A model generated the notes under the pieces. That model saw only the letters and a program-made list of their open reading frames with translations, ran no database searches and was not told the DNA's origin. The position numbers were made by a program, and so were the translations under genes. Below, in pieces: positions 45,214 to 55,008 of a stretch of DNA of 64,000 bases. Every line of letters begins with the position of its first letter. The stretch's first letter is position 1. The DNA comes from Patescibacteria group bacterium (lineage in GTDB: Bacteria > Patescibacteriota > Minisyncoccia > Phycocordibacterales > PALSA-1337): positions 85,800 to 149,799 of the forward strand of contig JBBTRB010000003.1 in the NCBI GenBank assembly GCA_038065395.1, read 5' to 3'.

Positions 45214-46832
45214 GGGTTTGTAGGCGGCTTGTTACATGCGTTTTGGAATGTGGAGGCTTTTGCAGTGAGGTCTTTATTCTCTTCTTTCACCTTCTTCACA
45301 TCATCAGCCGCCATGGTTACATTCATGCGAGACTTGATGGTGGCAACGAGCTCTGATATGCCCAGATAATTCTGGAGCTGTTGGTCTGGATTGGCCTCGG
45401 TAGTTGTAGCCAGGCCACTTGTTTTGGCGCTATTGAGTTGTTGCATCTGGATCTCTGCGTTGAGTTGCTTGGCAACCATCTCTGTGAAGAGTGGCGTGAA
45501 GTCGGTCGTCAAGAAACTGTCGAGCATAGAGATCTGGCTCTGGAAATAAGGCGCCATAGCGGTATTCTCAGGGAGAGATGACTTGGTCACGAGACAGGTG
45601 CGGGCTGTGTCGAATTTTGATTTCGTCTCAGTGAGGAGGGTGACTGTCTGGTCATAGTTTGCCTTGTATGTTGTTACGACCTTGATACCAGAATCGATAT
45701 CTTTCTCCAGTTGTTTGCGAGCGATCTCCCCTTCTCTCCTCGACTCATTGAGTATACGCGCGGTATATGATCCTTTGCCTCCAGAGTCGTTATCACTGAG
45801 AGTACTCAAGCCTTTTTCGAGAGCAACACTGACCATCTTGCTCACTAGTGCATCGAAGACCGCATTGATACTATCTGCCAGCTCGAGTTCTCGTACAGAA
45901 GAGCCGAGCTGATTGGCAAGAGAATTTTCTATGACAGATCCAGGGGTTTCGGTCTTGCAACTCTGGTAGGTGACACCTCCAGTCTTTTTGTCTACTTTTT
46001 TCTTGAGACTAGTACTTTCTCCATCTTCAGCTTGGCCAGTCTGAGCAGTCTGGTTTCCGAATTGTTTAAATTGCTCACCCTGACTTTCTGAAAGTGCCAT
46101 GTCTCCCGAAGTCACATTCTCTGTCACATCCTTGCATCTATTGAATGAGAGGAAGCCTCTTCCGCGGTTGAGATCCATGTTGACCTCAGAGTGCTTCTTG
46201 GAAATACGTGACAGAAGGTCACTGTGGGCATAGAGGTACGCACCAGAATAGCTATTCTGAGGCTCGGTCGAAAGAGCGACGAAGCTTGCCCAGCCTCCTT
46301 GGGAGAAGTCGCCAGCATTGAATCCGTTGATAGTGATACCGCGTGCAGCTGCATCCTTGGTATTCTGGATGATCTTGCCCAAGGTACAAGTGTACCTTTG
46401 ACTATTACGGGCAGACATTTGCAGGGCAAGAGTCAGACGAATATCAAAACTAAAAGGAGAACATAAGTTCGATAGCGGTCCACCTCCCCCGCCCTCTAGG
46501 AATTCGCCGGTTACTTGGTCGGCCGCATCGAGGAAGAATCCGTTCGGGTTTGTGATGAATGAAGGGCTGCCTTCGAAACCGGTATTGATCCAGTTGATAA
46601 CACTCGTGGTGAGTTGGTGGAGGAGTTGTTTCGCGATCGCCGTAGCCGCTCTGTCCAAGATGAAATCCTTCGCATTACCCATGATGTTATGGAAGTTGAA
46701 GTCCGTACCAATAGGCACATTGAGCCCCTGTGCTTGTGCGGGTAATGGTTTGATCAGGGGTACAAAAACAGCAACAAATAGGCATATGATCAGGATTTTT
46801 CTGTGTAGGTTTTGATTGAGAATAGGCATCAT
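45210..46832 (-). CDS. hypothetical secreted protein (T4SS operon)
   Basis: 540 aa with a signal peptide; overlaps the upstream gene by 4 nt. Confidence 0.5.
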   Translation of the reverse strand: MMPILNQNLHRKILIICLFVAVFVPLIKPLPAQAQGLNVPIGTDFNFHNIMGNAKDFILDRAATAIAKQLLHQLTTSVINWINTGFEGSPSFITNPNGFFLDAADQVTGEFLEGGGGGPLSNLCSPFSFDIRLTLALQMSARNSQRYTCTLGKIIQNTKDAAARGITINGFNAGDFSQGGWASFVALSTEPQNSYSGAYLYAHSDLLSRISKKHSEVNMDLNRGRGFLSFNRCKDVTENVTSGDMALSESQGEQFKQFGNQTAQTGQAEDGESTSLKKKVDKKTGGVTYQSCKTETPGSVIENSLANQLGSSVRELELADSINAVFDALVSKMVSVALEKGLSTLSDNDSGGKGSYTARILNESRREGEIARKQLEKDIDSGIKVVTTYKANYDQTVTLLTETKSKFDTARTCLVTKSSLPENTAMAPYFQSQISMLDSFLTTDFTPLFTEMVAKQLNAEIQMQQLNSAKTSGLATTTEANPDQQLQNYLGISELVATIKSRMNVTMAADDVKKVKEENKDLTAKASTFQNACNKPPTNP

Positions 46833-47719
46833 GGGTTTGCAGAAATAGTTGCGAATGTTGTTCCTGGTTCAGTTGAAGTAAATGCGATGTTGTGAGTATC
46901 AAAATGATCCTTAAGATTGAGAAGTGTCGACCGTAGAGATCGTTCTGCATCAGCATATGTACCCAGTGCGATCATGGACTGCATCGGATCTGTGGAAACA
47001 TTGCGAAATTGTTGATTTATGAAACCGAGAGCACTCAGGTTGTTGATGAGCTCGATGTGAATGTTCTGTATTGAAGATGGTGTTGGTATCGAAATGAGAG
47101 CTCGTATTAGGTTTTCGTACGAGACGATAACAGGGTCGAGATCTTCGAGTATGTCCATATCCTCGTCTTCGAGTGCGCTCGTGACGATCTCGAGAGGGTT
47201 TGTACGAGGTGCATGGGTGATAAATGCAGTTGCTACAGAGTTGCCATAAATGCGCATCGATCCAGCGTCATTGTTCGAGGATGCGACGATGTCTGCCGAA
47301 GAATACGCCACAGGAACAGGGGCATGTTGGACAATATCCTCCAATGTACTCTCGACACTATTCTCCACGGCAACACTGTCACTCGACAGATTCTGTTGTC
47401 GAAGTTGCATGTAACGTTCGAAGAAATCTCGACCAAGGACGTCGGTCAGAGTCAGGGGTTCCGAAGAGGATATCTCTGAGGATCCTGATGTCGAGGCTAC
47501 CGAGAGGAGCGCTTTCTTCCAGTCGATCGAATCGTCGAGTGCGATGAGTGTATCATTCGAAGTCGATGTTCTGGCAGTTACGACGGGGGCAGTACTTGTC
47601 GATATTTCAGCATCGGAGTGTGATCGGACATACGCCACAAATCCGGTTACAACGAGAGCACATACAACGGCAATAGTAATAGTATTTGTATGCGGGTAGA
47701 GTCGGGTCATACTCTCCAA
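46829..47719 (-). CDS. hypothetical membrane-anchored protein (T4SS operon)
   Basis: 296 aa with an N-terminal transmembrane helix. Confidence 0.45.
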   Translation of the reverse strand: MESMTRLYPHTNTITIAVVCALVVTGFVAYVRSHSDAEISTSTAPVVTARTSTSNDTLIALDDSIDWKKALLSVASTSGSSEISSSEPLTLTDVLGRDFFERYMQLRQQNLSSDSVAVENSVESTLEDIVQHAPVPVAYSSADIVASSNNDAGSMRIYGNSVATAFITHAPRTNPLEIVTSALEDEDMDILEDLDPVIVSYENLIRALISIPTPSSIQNIHIELINNLSALGFINQQFRNVSTDPMQSMIALGTYADAERSLRSTLLNLKDHFDTHNIAFTSTEPGTTFATISANP

Positions 47720-47790
47720 ATTGTATCAAAAAAAGGCCGTATACACCCAGAATTATGTGGATAGTAGCGAGGTCCGACCTCGCTACTCTG

Positions 47791-48786
47791 CTATGGAGAA
47801 GTTCCGATCTTGAGAATAGTCCCCTTCGGACTTCCTTGTGCAGAACACCCTGTGCCAGCGTATACCATGCACGAAGCTCCACCAGGTGTGTAGTCTCCCA
47901 GAACATTTACCCCGATAGTAGTTACATTATAAAAAGAATGAAGAATACTCGATCCTGTTGTATATAACAAAGAAGTCATGCTTCCTCGGACATCCTGGAT
48001 ATCGAGCAGTATAGATGAGCTGCAGGTACAATACGTTATGTTATAGACCATGCCACCAAAGGTCATTGCCCCGCCTCCTCCGAGAGCTGCACCACCGAGA
48101 GCTGCACCTCCGCCGATCGCTGCACCCCCAGCTCCACCACCACCGTCGTCATCCCCGCCTCCAAAAAATGACCCGACCGTGCTAAATGTAGCTCCAGTGG
48201 GCGTTAATTTATATAACAAATCAGACATAGTTGTATCGCCAGTGAGTTGGCCGAGGCCTGCATCGAACATCCATCCCGAAACCTCACGGTCGATCTCCTC
48301 GATACTTTTGCTGTCACCGCCAGAATTCCTCGTAGTTTCGGTGCCACCTGTCGTCCTTTGTCCGGAGGTGTTGGTGTAGAAATATGACTGATTTTGCCAG
48401 GCAGGAATGTCAGAATCTTGGTTTATAGGTTGATTTTGTTGAGGTTGTTGGGTAGAAGTCGTCACGGGCTGGGTCGATGTGCTCGTAGAAGTGTTGGTTG
48501 GGCGTGTATTCGTTGTAGTGTCACGATATTCTGGTGTGTTTTGTCTTACCGGGACTACCTGTACAGACGTATCGGTGCCGGTAAAAGGGTTGATATTGAG
48601 ACCTGTCGAAGTAGCAGTGGGGACAGCATCGGGAGACAGTCCTCGGTCAACAGAGGAGAAACTAGGGTTATTCGGGTCATCGGTCTGTGTCGTAGTCGGG
48701 AAAAACAGTGAATACACATAGAGGATAACCCCGATCAGGATGAGGAGAATGACCACAAAAATCCCTAGACGTAGTGGATGTTGCAC
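47791..48786 (-). CDS. hypothetical membrane-anchored Thr/Gly-rich protein (first gene of the T4SS operon)
   Basis: 331 aa with an N-terminal transmembrane helix, a Thr-rich linker and a Gly-rich segment. Confidence 0.45.
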   Translation of the reverse strand: MQHPLRLGIFVVILLILIGVILYVYSLFFPTTTQTDDPNNPSFSSVDRGLSPDAVPTATSTGLNINPFTGTDTSVQVVPVRQNTPEYRDTTTNTRPTNTSTSTSTQPVTTSTQQPQQNQPINQDSDIPAWQNQSYFYTNTSGQRTTGGTETTRNSGGDSKSIEEIDREVSGWMFDAGLGQLTGDTTMSDLLYKLTPTGATFSTVGSFFGGGDDDGGGGAGGAAIGGGAALGGAALGGGGAMTFGGMVYNITYCTCSSSILLDIQDVRGSMTSLLYTTGSSILHSFYNVTTIGVNVLGDYTPGGASCMVYAGTGCSAQGSPKGTILKIGTSP

Positions 48787-48834
48787 CTGAATATAATACC
48801 ATAGGAGCGAGTAGCAAGGTCCGACCTCGCCACC

Positions 48835-49644
48835 TTACTTCGCGAGCGCGTTCGCAAGTTCAATCCATTTGCTCACTGGTATATCTTCGGAACGAACTTT
48901 GGGATCAAGACCTGTCTGTTGCCATGCCTGTTCAAGAGTATTTATATCAAAAAGTGCTTCGAGGTTACGGATGGTGAACTTTCTTTTGTGTGCAAAGGCG
49001 GTTTTCACGATAGTGAAGAAACGACGAGTATGCTCGGAATCTGTGAAATGCGCGACACGATCCGTAGAGTTGATACCGCTGATCTCAAGTATCGCCGAGT
49101 CGACTGTTGGCGGAGGAGTGAACGCTCCTGGCGGTACGGTTGCAACGATCCGCGGTACACCGAAAGCTTTGACGGATACGGAGAGGATGCTCTCTTTGCC
49201 GTCACGAGCGACGATGCGTTCGGCGACTTCTTTTTGTACGAGGAGGACCATACGTTGCGGTCTTGGTGCATGTTCCAGGAATGATTCGAGGATCGCTCCG
49301 GTGATGTAGTACGGAATATTGGCAACCACGGCGTATCCCCCATCTTTCAGGCCTATGGTTGCACGGTCGAGCTCGAGGATATCTCCGTGGAGAAGCTCGA
49401 GTTTCCCTGAAATGATCTCGGTTGCATATTTTTCTCCGAGGAGTGCATAGGCCCGATCGTCTTTTTCTATAGCGATGACACGGTCACTCTTCTTGAGGAG
49501 TTCATCGGTCAACACTCCTGTACCAGGACCGATCTCGAGCACTGTCTCGTCTTGGACGATCTGTGATGCATCGACGATCTTACGCAGTACTCCTGGTGAA
49601 TTCAAGAAGTGTTGCCCAAGGGATTTTTTTGGAATTATTTTCAT
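48835..49644 (-). CDS. rsmA: 16S rRNA (adenine1518/1519-N6)-dimethyltransferase RsmA/KsgA
   Basis: KKSLGQHFL, VLEIGPGTGVLT and NIPYYIT motifs; ATG at 49644. Confidence 0.85.
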   Translation of the reverse strand: MKIIPKKSLGQHFLNSPGVLRKIVDASQIVQDETVLEIGPGTGVLTDELLKKSDRVIAIEKDDRAYALLGEKYATEIISGKLELLHGDILELDRATIGLKDGGYAVVANIPYYITGAILESFLEHAPRPQRMVLLVQKEVAERIVARDGKESILSVSVKAFGVPRIVATVPPGAFTPPPTVDSAILEISGINSTDRVAHFTDSEHTRRFFTIVKTAFAHKRKFTIRNLEALFDINTLEQAWQQTGLDPKVRSEDIPVSKWIELANALAK

Positions 49645-49656
49645 ATATAAGATGAG

Positions 49657-49808
49657 GCAGTATATCCTATTCCTCACCCACGATCAGCTTTGCTCACACT
49701 ACCTAAACCGTTCGCAAAGCTGTCTTTTCTCGGCGCCACCTTACAGGGATTATATATTCAATGTGGACGTGGCGCCTGCGAAGAGGGATCGGAACAGGAC
49801 ATACTGCC
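49657..49808. repeat. three-stem structured element, copy B
   Basis: Outer stem ggcagtatatcctattcctc / gatcggaacaggacatactgcc. Inner hairpins AGCTTTGC...GCAAAGCT and GGCGCCAC...GTGGCGCC. The single-stranded blocks cccacgatc, tcttttctcggcg and cctgcgaagaggg are shared with copy A. Confidence 0.6.
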
Positions 49809-49827
49809 CCATCTTGTCACACTTACC

Positions 49828-51747
49828 CTAAAAATCAATGAAGATCGCTTTGGCTCCCGTAACACCTGAATGTCCAGGATTGTGTTCGTGGATGAGGCTC
49901 TTCTGGATGTCAGCGATGAACTCCGATGGAGTGTTCACGCGTTGAGATCCATAGATCGTTCTGACCATAGCATGGCTCAGATACAGCTTTTTACGAGCAC
50001 GGGTCAGCGCTACATAGAAGATGCGACGCTCTTCTTCCTCTTCGGCTTGGCTGATATCGGCTTCGTCCATATGTTTGAGCGGGAACAGATCCTGTTCGAG
50101 CCCTGAGATGAATACATGGTCGAACTCCAGACCCTTCGAGGCGTGTATCGTCATCAGTTTCACAGCATTGATCTCTTTCTCGAGATCGTCTTGGTCACTG
50201 GCCAGTGCCGCATTACTCAAAAATGTTTCCATGCCCTCTTCTGGAGAGAGATGGTCATACTGTGTGGCTACCGATACGAGTTCTTGCACGTTGAGGATGC
50301 GCTCCTCGTCCTCACTTGTCCCTTCGCGGAGTGCACGCTCAAGACCGGTTTCTTGGATGACGAACTTCACCGCAAGCGACGGCTTTTTCTCTTTGCATTC
50401 ACGTGCAATATCATCGAGTAGTTTCCAGAAGTTGTTGATCTTGGCCTGCATCCCTGCAGGCAATGAAGCCTGGCCTCCGGCGGCGAGTTTGGTCAGAGTG
50501 ACTTTGCCGATGCCACGAGTCGGTACGTTGATACAGCGCATGATGTCACCCCAGGCTTCCCTGTTGAGAGCAGCTCGGATATAGGAGAGTACGTCTTTGA
50601 TCTCTTTACGTTCGAAGAACCTGGTGCCGACGAGTTGGTAGGCGATATTTTTCTTGATGAAGAATTCTTCCAACACGCGTGACTGGAAGTTCGTGCGATA
50701 GAGCACAGCGATGTCTTTGGGTTCAGAACCAGCTCGTATCAGAGATCTGACCTCGTCGGCGATCGTGCGCGCCTCGTCACTTTCGGTATAGTTGACCAAC
50801 AAAGATATTTTCTCTCCATGGTCGTTGTTGGTGTACAGAGTCTTCTTCCTGCGGAGAGTGTTCTTTTCGATGATGTCGTTGGCGGCAGTGAGGATCGTCT
50901 TGGTCGAACGATAATTTTGTTCGAGGGTGATGACGGTCGCATCAGGATAGTCCTTCTCAAAATTGAGGATGTTCTCGATAGTTGCCCCGCGCCAACTGTA
51001 GATGTTCTGGTCGATATCGCCGACCACGCAGATGTTGCGATGCTCAGCAGAGAGATACTGCGCGATGCGATATTGGACTTTGTTGGTGTCCTGATATTCG
51101 TCGATGTGAACATATTTCCAGATAGCAGCATATTTTTTGCGGACGTCTGCATGTTTGCCGAGGAGTTCAGAAGTCTTCAGAAGGAGATCATCGAAGTCGA
51201 GTGACTTCTCTTTTGCCATGACGGTGTCATATATCTCCCAGATCGCTGCAACCTTCTCTTCATAGTACCCACCTGCATGGTCAGCGAATGCTAGTCGGTT
51301 GAGCCCCTCGCCTTTTGCACGAGAGATCACCCCGATGATCTTGCCCGGATCGAATACTTTGGGATCCAAAGAAAGCTTTTCCAATGCCTCTTTGATCGCG
51401 CGACGCGAGTCGGAACGGTCGGCGATCGTGAAGTGTCGATGAAGGCCGAGGAGTACTGCATTTTCTCGGATAATATGGACTCCGAGCGAGTGGAAGGTGC
51501 TCACGAAAGGCTTACCTACCGCTGTGGTGCCAGACAACAGAGAGCCTACTCGGTCGCGCATCTCCTTTGCTGCTTTGTTGGTAAAGGTGATGGCTAGTAT
51601 CGCCGAAGGAGCGACTCCCTTCTGGATCAGGTGGAGGATACGATGAGTGATGACACGGGTCTTGCCGGCACCTGCACCCGCGATGATGAGCACCGGTCCA
51701 TCGGTTGTTTTGACGGCTTTATCTTGGGCATCATTGAGTCCATTCAT
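49828..51747 (-). CDS. UvrD/PcrA/Rep family ATP-dependent DNA helicase
   Basis: LNDAQDKAVKTTDGPVLIIAGAGAGKTRVITHRILHLI, DEYQDTN and the other SF1 helicase motifs. Confidence 0.85.
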   Translation of the reverse strand: MNGLNDAQDKAVKTTDGPVLIIAGAGAGKTRVITHRILHLIQKGVAPSAILAITFTNKAAKEMRDRVGSLLSGTTAVGKPFVSTFHSLGVHIIRENAVLLGLHRHFTIADRSDSRRAIKEALEKLSLDPKVFDPGKIIGVISRAKGEGLNRLAFADHAGGYYEEKVAAIWEIYDTVMAKEKSLDFDDLLLKTSELLGKHADVRKKYAAIWKYVHIDEYQDTNKVQYRIAQYLSAEHRNICVVGDIDQNIYSWRGATIENILNFEKDYPDATVITLEQNYRSTKTILTAANDIIEKNTLRRKKTLYTNNDHGEKISLLVNYTESDEARTIADEVRSLIRAGSEPKDIAVLYRTNFQSRVLEEFFIKKNIAYQLVGTRFFERKEIKDVLSYIRAALNREAWGDIMRCINVPTRGIGKVTLTKLAAGGQASLPAGMQAKINNFWKLLDDIARECKEKKPSLAVKFVIQETGLERALREGTSEDEERILNVQELVSVATQYDHLSPEEGMETFLSNAALASDQDDLEKEINAVKLMTIHASKGLEFDHVFISGLEQDLFPLKHMDEADISQAEEEEERRIFYVALTRARKKLYLSHAMVRTIYGSQRVNTPSEFIADIQKSLIHEHNPGHSGVTGAKAIFIDF

Positions 51748-51997
51748 AGAGTGAGTATAGTAGCACACCTCCCACGGACTCGAGGAATTATTTACACATC
51801 ATTATTTGACATTACGTCAAGTAATGATGATATACACATTTCAAATTGACAATTATTGCCCAACTGTTAACCTAGATAAGTTACCTCGTGGGTAAGTCCA
51901 GATAAAAGGCTTAGTAGAGCCATTTGTCGAAAGAAAATCCTCTTCCGGTATAGTTAGAAAATGTACAGACGGACATTGCGCTATACGAAGTCTTGTT

Positions 51998-53023
51998 ATG
52001 AAATATAATCTCAATTTAATAGTGTTCGCCGTAGTGTGCACCTGCATATTATTCCCTACATCCAATGCGCATGCGGGCATGCTTTCGTACGTCTCTGCCC
52101 TCTTTGGTAGTGAGTCTGCTGTAGCACAAAGCGTACCAACGACGAACGGTCAGAATCTCCAGACGATCGCACTCCTCCAGGCGGCCGTCAATATAGATCC
52201 GAACCCAGAGAAGGTTGCCGATATTATCCCTGTTCAGGCGGGCGACACTCTGTCAGCGGACCTTGCTATGGGCAACACCGGGACGTCTCATGGCACTATC
52301 AACACTCAGGTCAGTACCTATGTGATCCAGAATGGCGACACTCTCTCGGGTATTGCGGAGATGTTCGGCGTATCGGTCAATACGATCCTCTGGGCGAACG
52401 GCATCACCAAGGCATCGGGCATCCAGCCAGGACAGTCTCTCGTCATCTTGCCTGTGTCAGGTATCGTCCACAAGGTCAAAAGTGGTGATACGATCCTCGG
52501 CATCGTCGCCCAATACAAAGCAGACATCAATGAAGTTTTGGAATACAACGATATCACCCTCTCTTCCCCACTCTCTGTCGGCCAGTCGATCATCTTGCCT
52601 GACGTCGAAATCTCCACAGCCCTCCCTACTCGTATCGTTGTCGGTGGTTCACTATCGAGTGGATCGAGCCAGACAACTTCCAAGTATTATATTCGACCAT
52701 TGAAGGTCGGTGTACGCACCCAAGGCATCCATGGATACAATGGTGTTGACCTCGCGGCCCCTGTAGGGACTTCAGTCTATGCTTCTGCCGAAGGCTCGGT
52801 GATCGTCAGTCGCAGCGGTGCCTATAACGGTGGCTATGGCAACTTCGTCATCATCGCTCATCCGAACGGCACTCAGACACTCTATGCCCACCTTTCCAAG
52901 AATCTCGTAGCCTCTGGTGACTATGTCGAACAGGGTGACAAGATCGGTCTCGTCGGTAGTACCGGCAAGTCTACTGGTCCCCACCTCCACTTCGAGATTC
53001 GAGGAGCCAAGAATCCGTTTTAA
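51998..53023 (+). CDS. LysM-domain M23 family metallopeptidase
   Basis: Signal peptide, two LysM repeats (YVIQNGDTLSGIAEMFGV, HKVKSGDTILGIVAQY) and M23 motifs (GVDLAAPVGTSVYASAEG, HLHFEIR). Confidence 0.8.
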   Translation: MKYNLNLIVFAVVCTCILFPTSNAHAGMLSYVSALFGSESAVAQSVPTTNGQNLQTIALLQAAVNIDPNPEKVADIIPVQAGDTLSADLAMGNTGTSHGTINTQVSTYVIQNGDTLSGIAEMFGVSVNTILWANGITKASGIQPGQSLVILPVSGIVHKVKSGDTILGIVAQYKADINEVLEYNDITLSSPLSVGQSIILPDVEISTALPTRIVVGGSLSSGSSQTTSKYYIRPLKVGVRTQGIHGYNGVDLAAPVGTSVYASAEGSVIVSRSGAYNGGYGNFVIIAHPNGTQTLYAHLSKNLVASGDYVEQGDKIGLVGSTGKSTGPHLHFEIRGAKNPF

Positions 53024-54537
53024 ACCTTCTTATACTGCAACGCCTCCAATATATGCTCCTTGCGTATCGTATCAGTACCCGCAAGGTCAGCGATCGTCTG
53101 AGCGACTTTGATGATACGGTGATATCCTCGGCCAGATAGTTCGAACTTTTGTGCAGAGAGTTTGAGTGTTTCGCGTGCATTCTCATCGAGAGTGACACAG
53201 AGGTCTATGTCTCGGGCATTCATTTCACTATTATAATATTTCGTCAGTCCATACTTTTTGAACCGTTGTTCTTGGCGAAGTCTTGCGACGATGATGCGTG
53301 CGCGGATATCCTTCGATGACTCCCCTGTCGGAGTTGTAGCAGAGAGCTCGTCATAGTCGACTTTGTGTACGTTCATCCAGATATCGATACGGTCGAGTAT
53401 CGGGCCAGATATTTTGCGGCGGTATTTGTCTATCTCTCGGCGAGGACAGACGCAGCCGTTCTCTATGCCTTTGCCACAGGGGCACGGGTTCATCGACGCT
53501 ACGAATATACACTGTGCGGGGAAAGTCACTGTCCCTCGTGCTCGAGATATGGTGACGCTGTGGTCTTCGAGCGGTTGGCGGAGTGCTTCGATGACGTCGC
53601 GATCGAACTCGGTGAATTCGTCGAGAAAGAGTACGCCTCTATGTGCCAAGGTTATCTCGCCTGGCTTAGGGATCGCTCCACCACCGATGACTGATGGGTA
53701 TGATGCGGTATGGTGTGGTGCACGAAAAGGTGGATGAGTGATGATATGTTCGGTCAGACTCCGGGCGGCAGAGTGTATGCCGGTGACTTCGACCGCCTGT
53801 TCGTATGAGAGCGGTGGCAAGATCGAGTGGAATGCATGTGCAAGCATAGTCTTGCCGGTGCCAGGCGGACCACTCATGATGATGTTGTGAGCACCTGCAG
53901 CAGCGATCTCCAGACTACGCTTGGCGGTTTCGTTGCCACGGACCGTCTGCATGTCGGTCGTATGTGCATAGTCGAGAGTTGGTGAGAGGGTGGCGGGACC
54001 GATCGGGCACAGAGGTTTATCGCCCGAGAGGTGCCCGATGATCTCGTCGAGCCTCGAAGCCGCATATATAGTCATGTTCTGTGCCAAGGATGCTTCGGCG
54101 ATGTTGTCCGTCGGTACGAATGCAGTAGTGAAGCCGTGTCTATGTGCCTGACATAAGAGAGGTAGAAGCCCAGATGTCTTGCGGATGTTACCCTCGAGTG
54201 ATAGTTCGCCGAACAAAAGTGCATTCCTCTCAGGTGCCTGTACGTCCCCTGTTGCGGTGAGGTATGCGATCGCCATGGCAAGGTCAAAAGAAGGACCTTC
54301 TTTGCGTAGATCTGCTGGGGCGAGAGATATGACGACCTTGTGGTTGCGTTGTTTGGGAGAAGTAAATCCGGAGTTCTTGATCGCGGCAGATATGCGGTCT
54401 TTGGCCTCATCTACCGACCGGTCTCCGAGTCCTACAATAGAAAAAGCATGGAGACCGTTCGAGATATCTACTTCGACAGATATGATCTCGATCGCCAGGC
54501 CGACTAGCTGTGCGCTATATGTTGTAGCGATACTCAT
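53020..54537 (-). CDS. YifB/ComM family ATPase (Mg-chelatase-like)
   Basis: Lon-like N-terminal domain, AAA+ core (MSGPPGTGKTMLA, VLFLDEFTEF), zinc ribbon and a C-terminal Mg-chelatase domain. Confidence 0.85.
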   Translation of the reverse strand: MSIATTYSAQLVGLAIEIISVEVDISNGLHAFSIVGLGDRSVDEAKDRISAAIKNSGFTSPKQRNHKVVISLAPADLRKEGPSFDLAMAIAYLTATGDVQAPERNALLFGELSLEGNIRKTSGLLPLLCQAHRHGFTTAFVPTDNIAEASLAQNMTIYAASRLDEIIGHLSGDKPLCPIGPATLSPTLDYAHTTDMQTVRGNETAKRSLEIAAAGAHNIIMSGPPGTGKTMLAHAFHSILPPLSYEQAVEVTGIHSAARSLTEHIITHPPFRAPHHTASYPSVIGGGAIPKPGEITLAHRGVLFLDEFTEFDRDVIEALRQPLEDHSVTISRARGTVTFPAQCIFVASMNPCPCGKGIENGCVCPRREIDKYRRKISGPILDRIDIWMNVHKVDYDELSATTPTGESSKDIRARIIVARLRQEQRFKKYGLTKYYNSEMNARDIDLCVTLDENARETLKLSAQKFELSGRGYHRIIKVAQTIADLAGTDTIRKEHILEALQYKKV

Positions 54538-54630
54538 ACCACCATCATAGGGGTACGGTATGAAGAAACGATGAATTTAGGTTAAAATCCCGATAAAAAT
54601 TCACGAGCATATCCAGATGAAGATAGTGGA

Positions 54631-54999
54631 CTAGCTCGAGTGATCGTGCTTGAGGGAGATACGTGCCGCAGGATTCGCTTCGAGGCGCTCCTTTTCTATA
54701 GGTTTCTTGCAGATTTCGCAGGTGCCATAGGTGTCCGTGTCGATCTTTTCGAGAGCAGCTTTGACGTCAGTGAGCTGTTTTTCGAGCTGGTGTGCAATAC
54801 CGATGTTATCATCGAGTTCTTCGAGTTTGTCAGCGAGTTCGTTCTCATCAGCAGGATCAACCTCCATGGCGCCTGTCGTAGCTTCCCAGCCACCTGGTGA
54901 ACTCGAGTCTTTCTGTGCGATACCACCGAGCTCTTGTTCCAGAGTGATCTTTTCCTCGAGCAGCTTCTTTTTGAAGAGTTCTAGGTCTTTTTTGTTCAT
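54631..54999 (-). CDS. TraR/DksA family protein (YocK/YteA-like)
   Basis: DTYGTCEICKKPIEKERLEANPAARISL aligns with B. subtilis YocK (GTYGICEVSGKEIPFERLEALPTATTL). Confidence 0.55.
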   Translation of the reverse strand: MNKKDLELFKKKLLEEKITLEQELGGIAQKDSSSPGGWEATTGAMEVDPADENELADKLEELDDNIGIAHQLEKQLTDVKAALEKIDTDTYGTCEICKKPIEKERLEANPAARISLKHDHSS

Positions 55000-55008
55000 G
55001 CCACCATA

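Noticed and set aside
43385-45223. Plus-strand ORFs (43385-43858, 44030-44335, 45002-45223) within the T4SS operon
   Set aside because: They are antisense to long, well-structured membrane-protein genes (VirB6-like and neighbours). They have low-complexity Ser/Leu composition typical of shadow ORFs.
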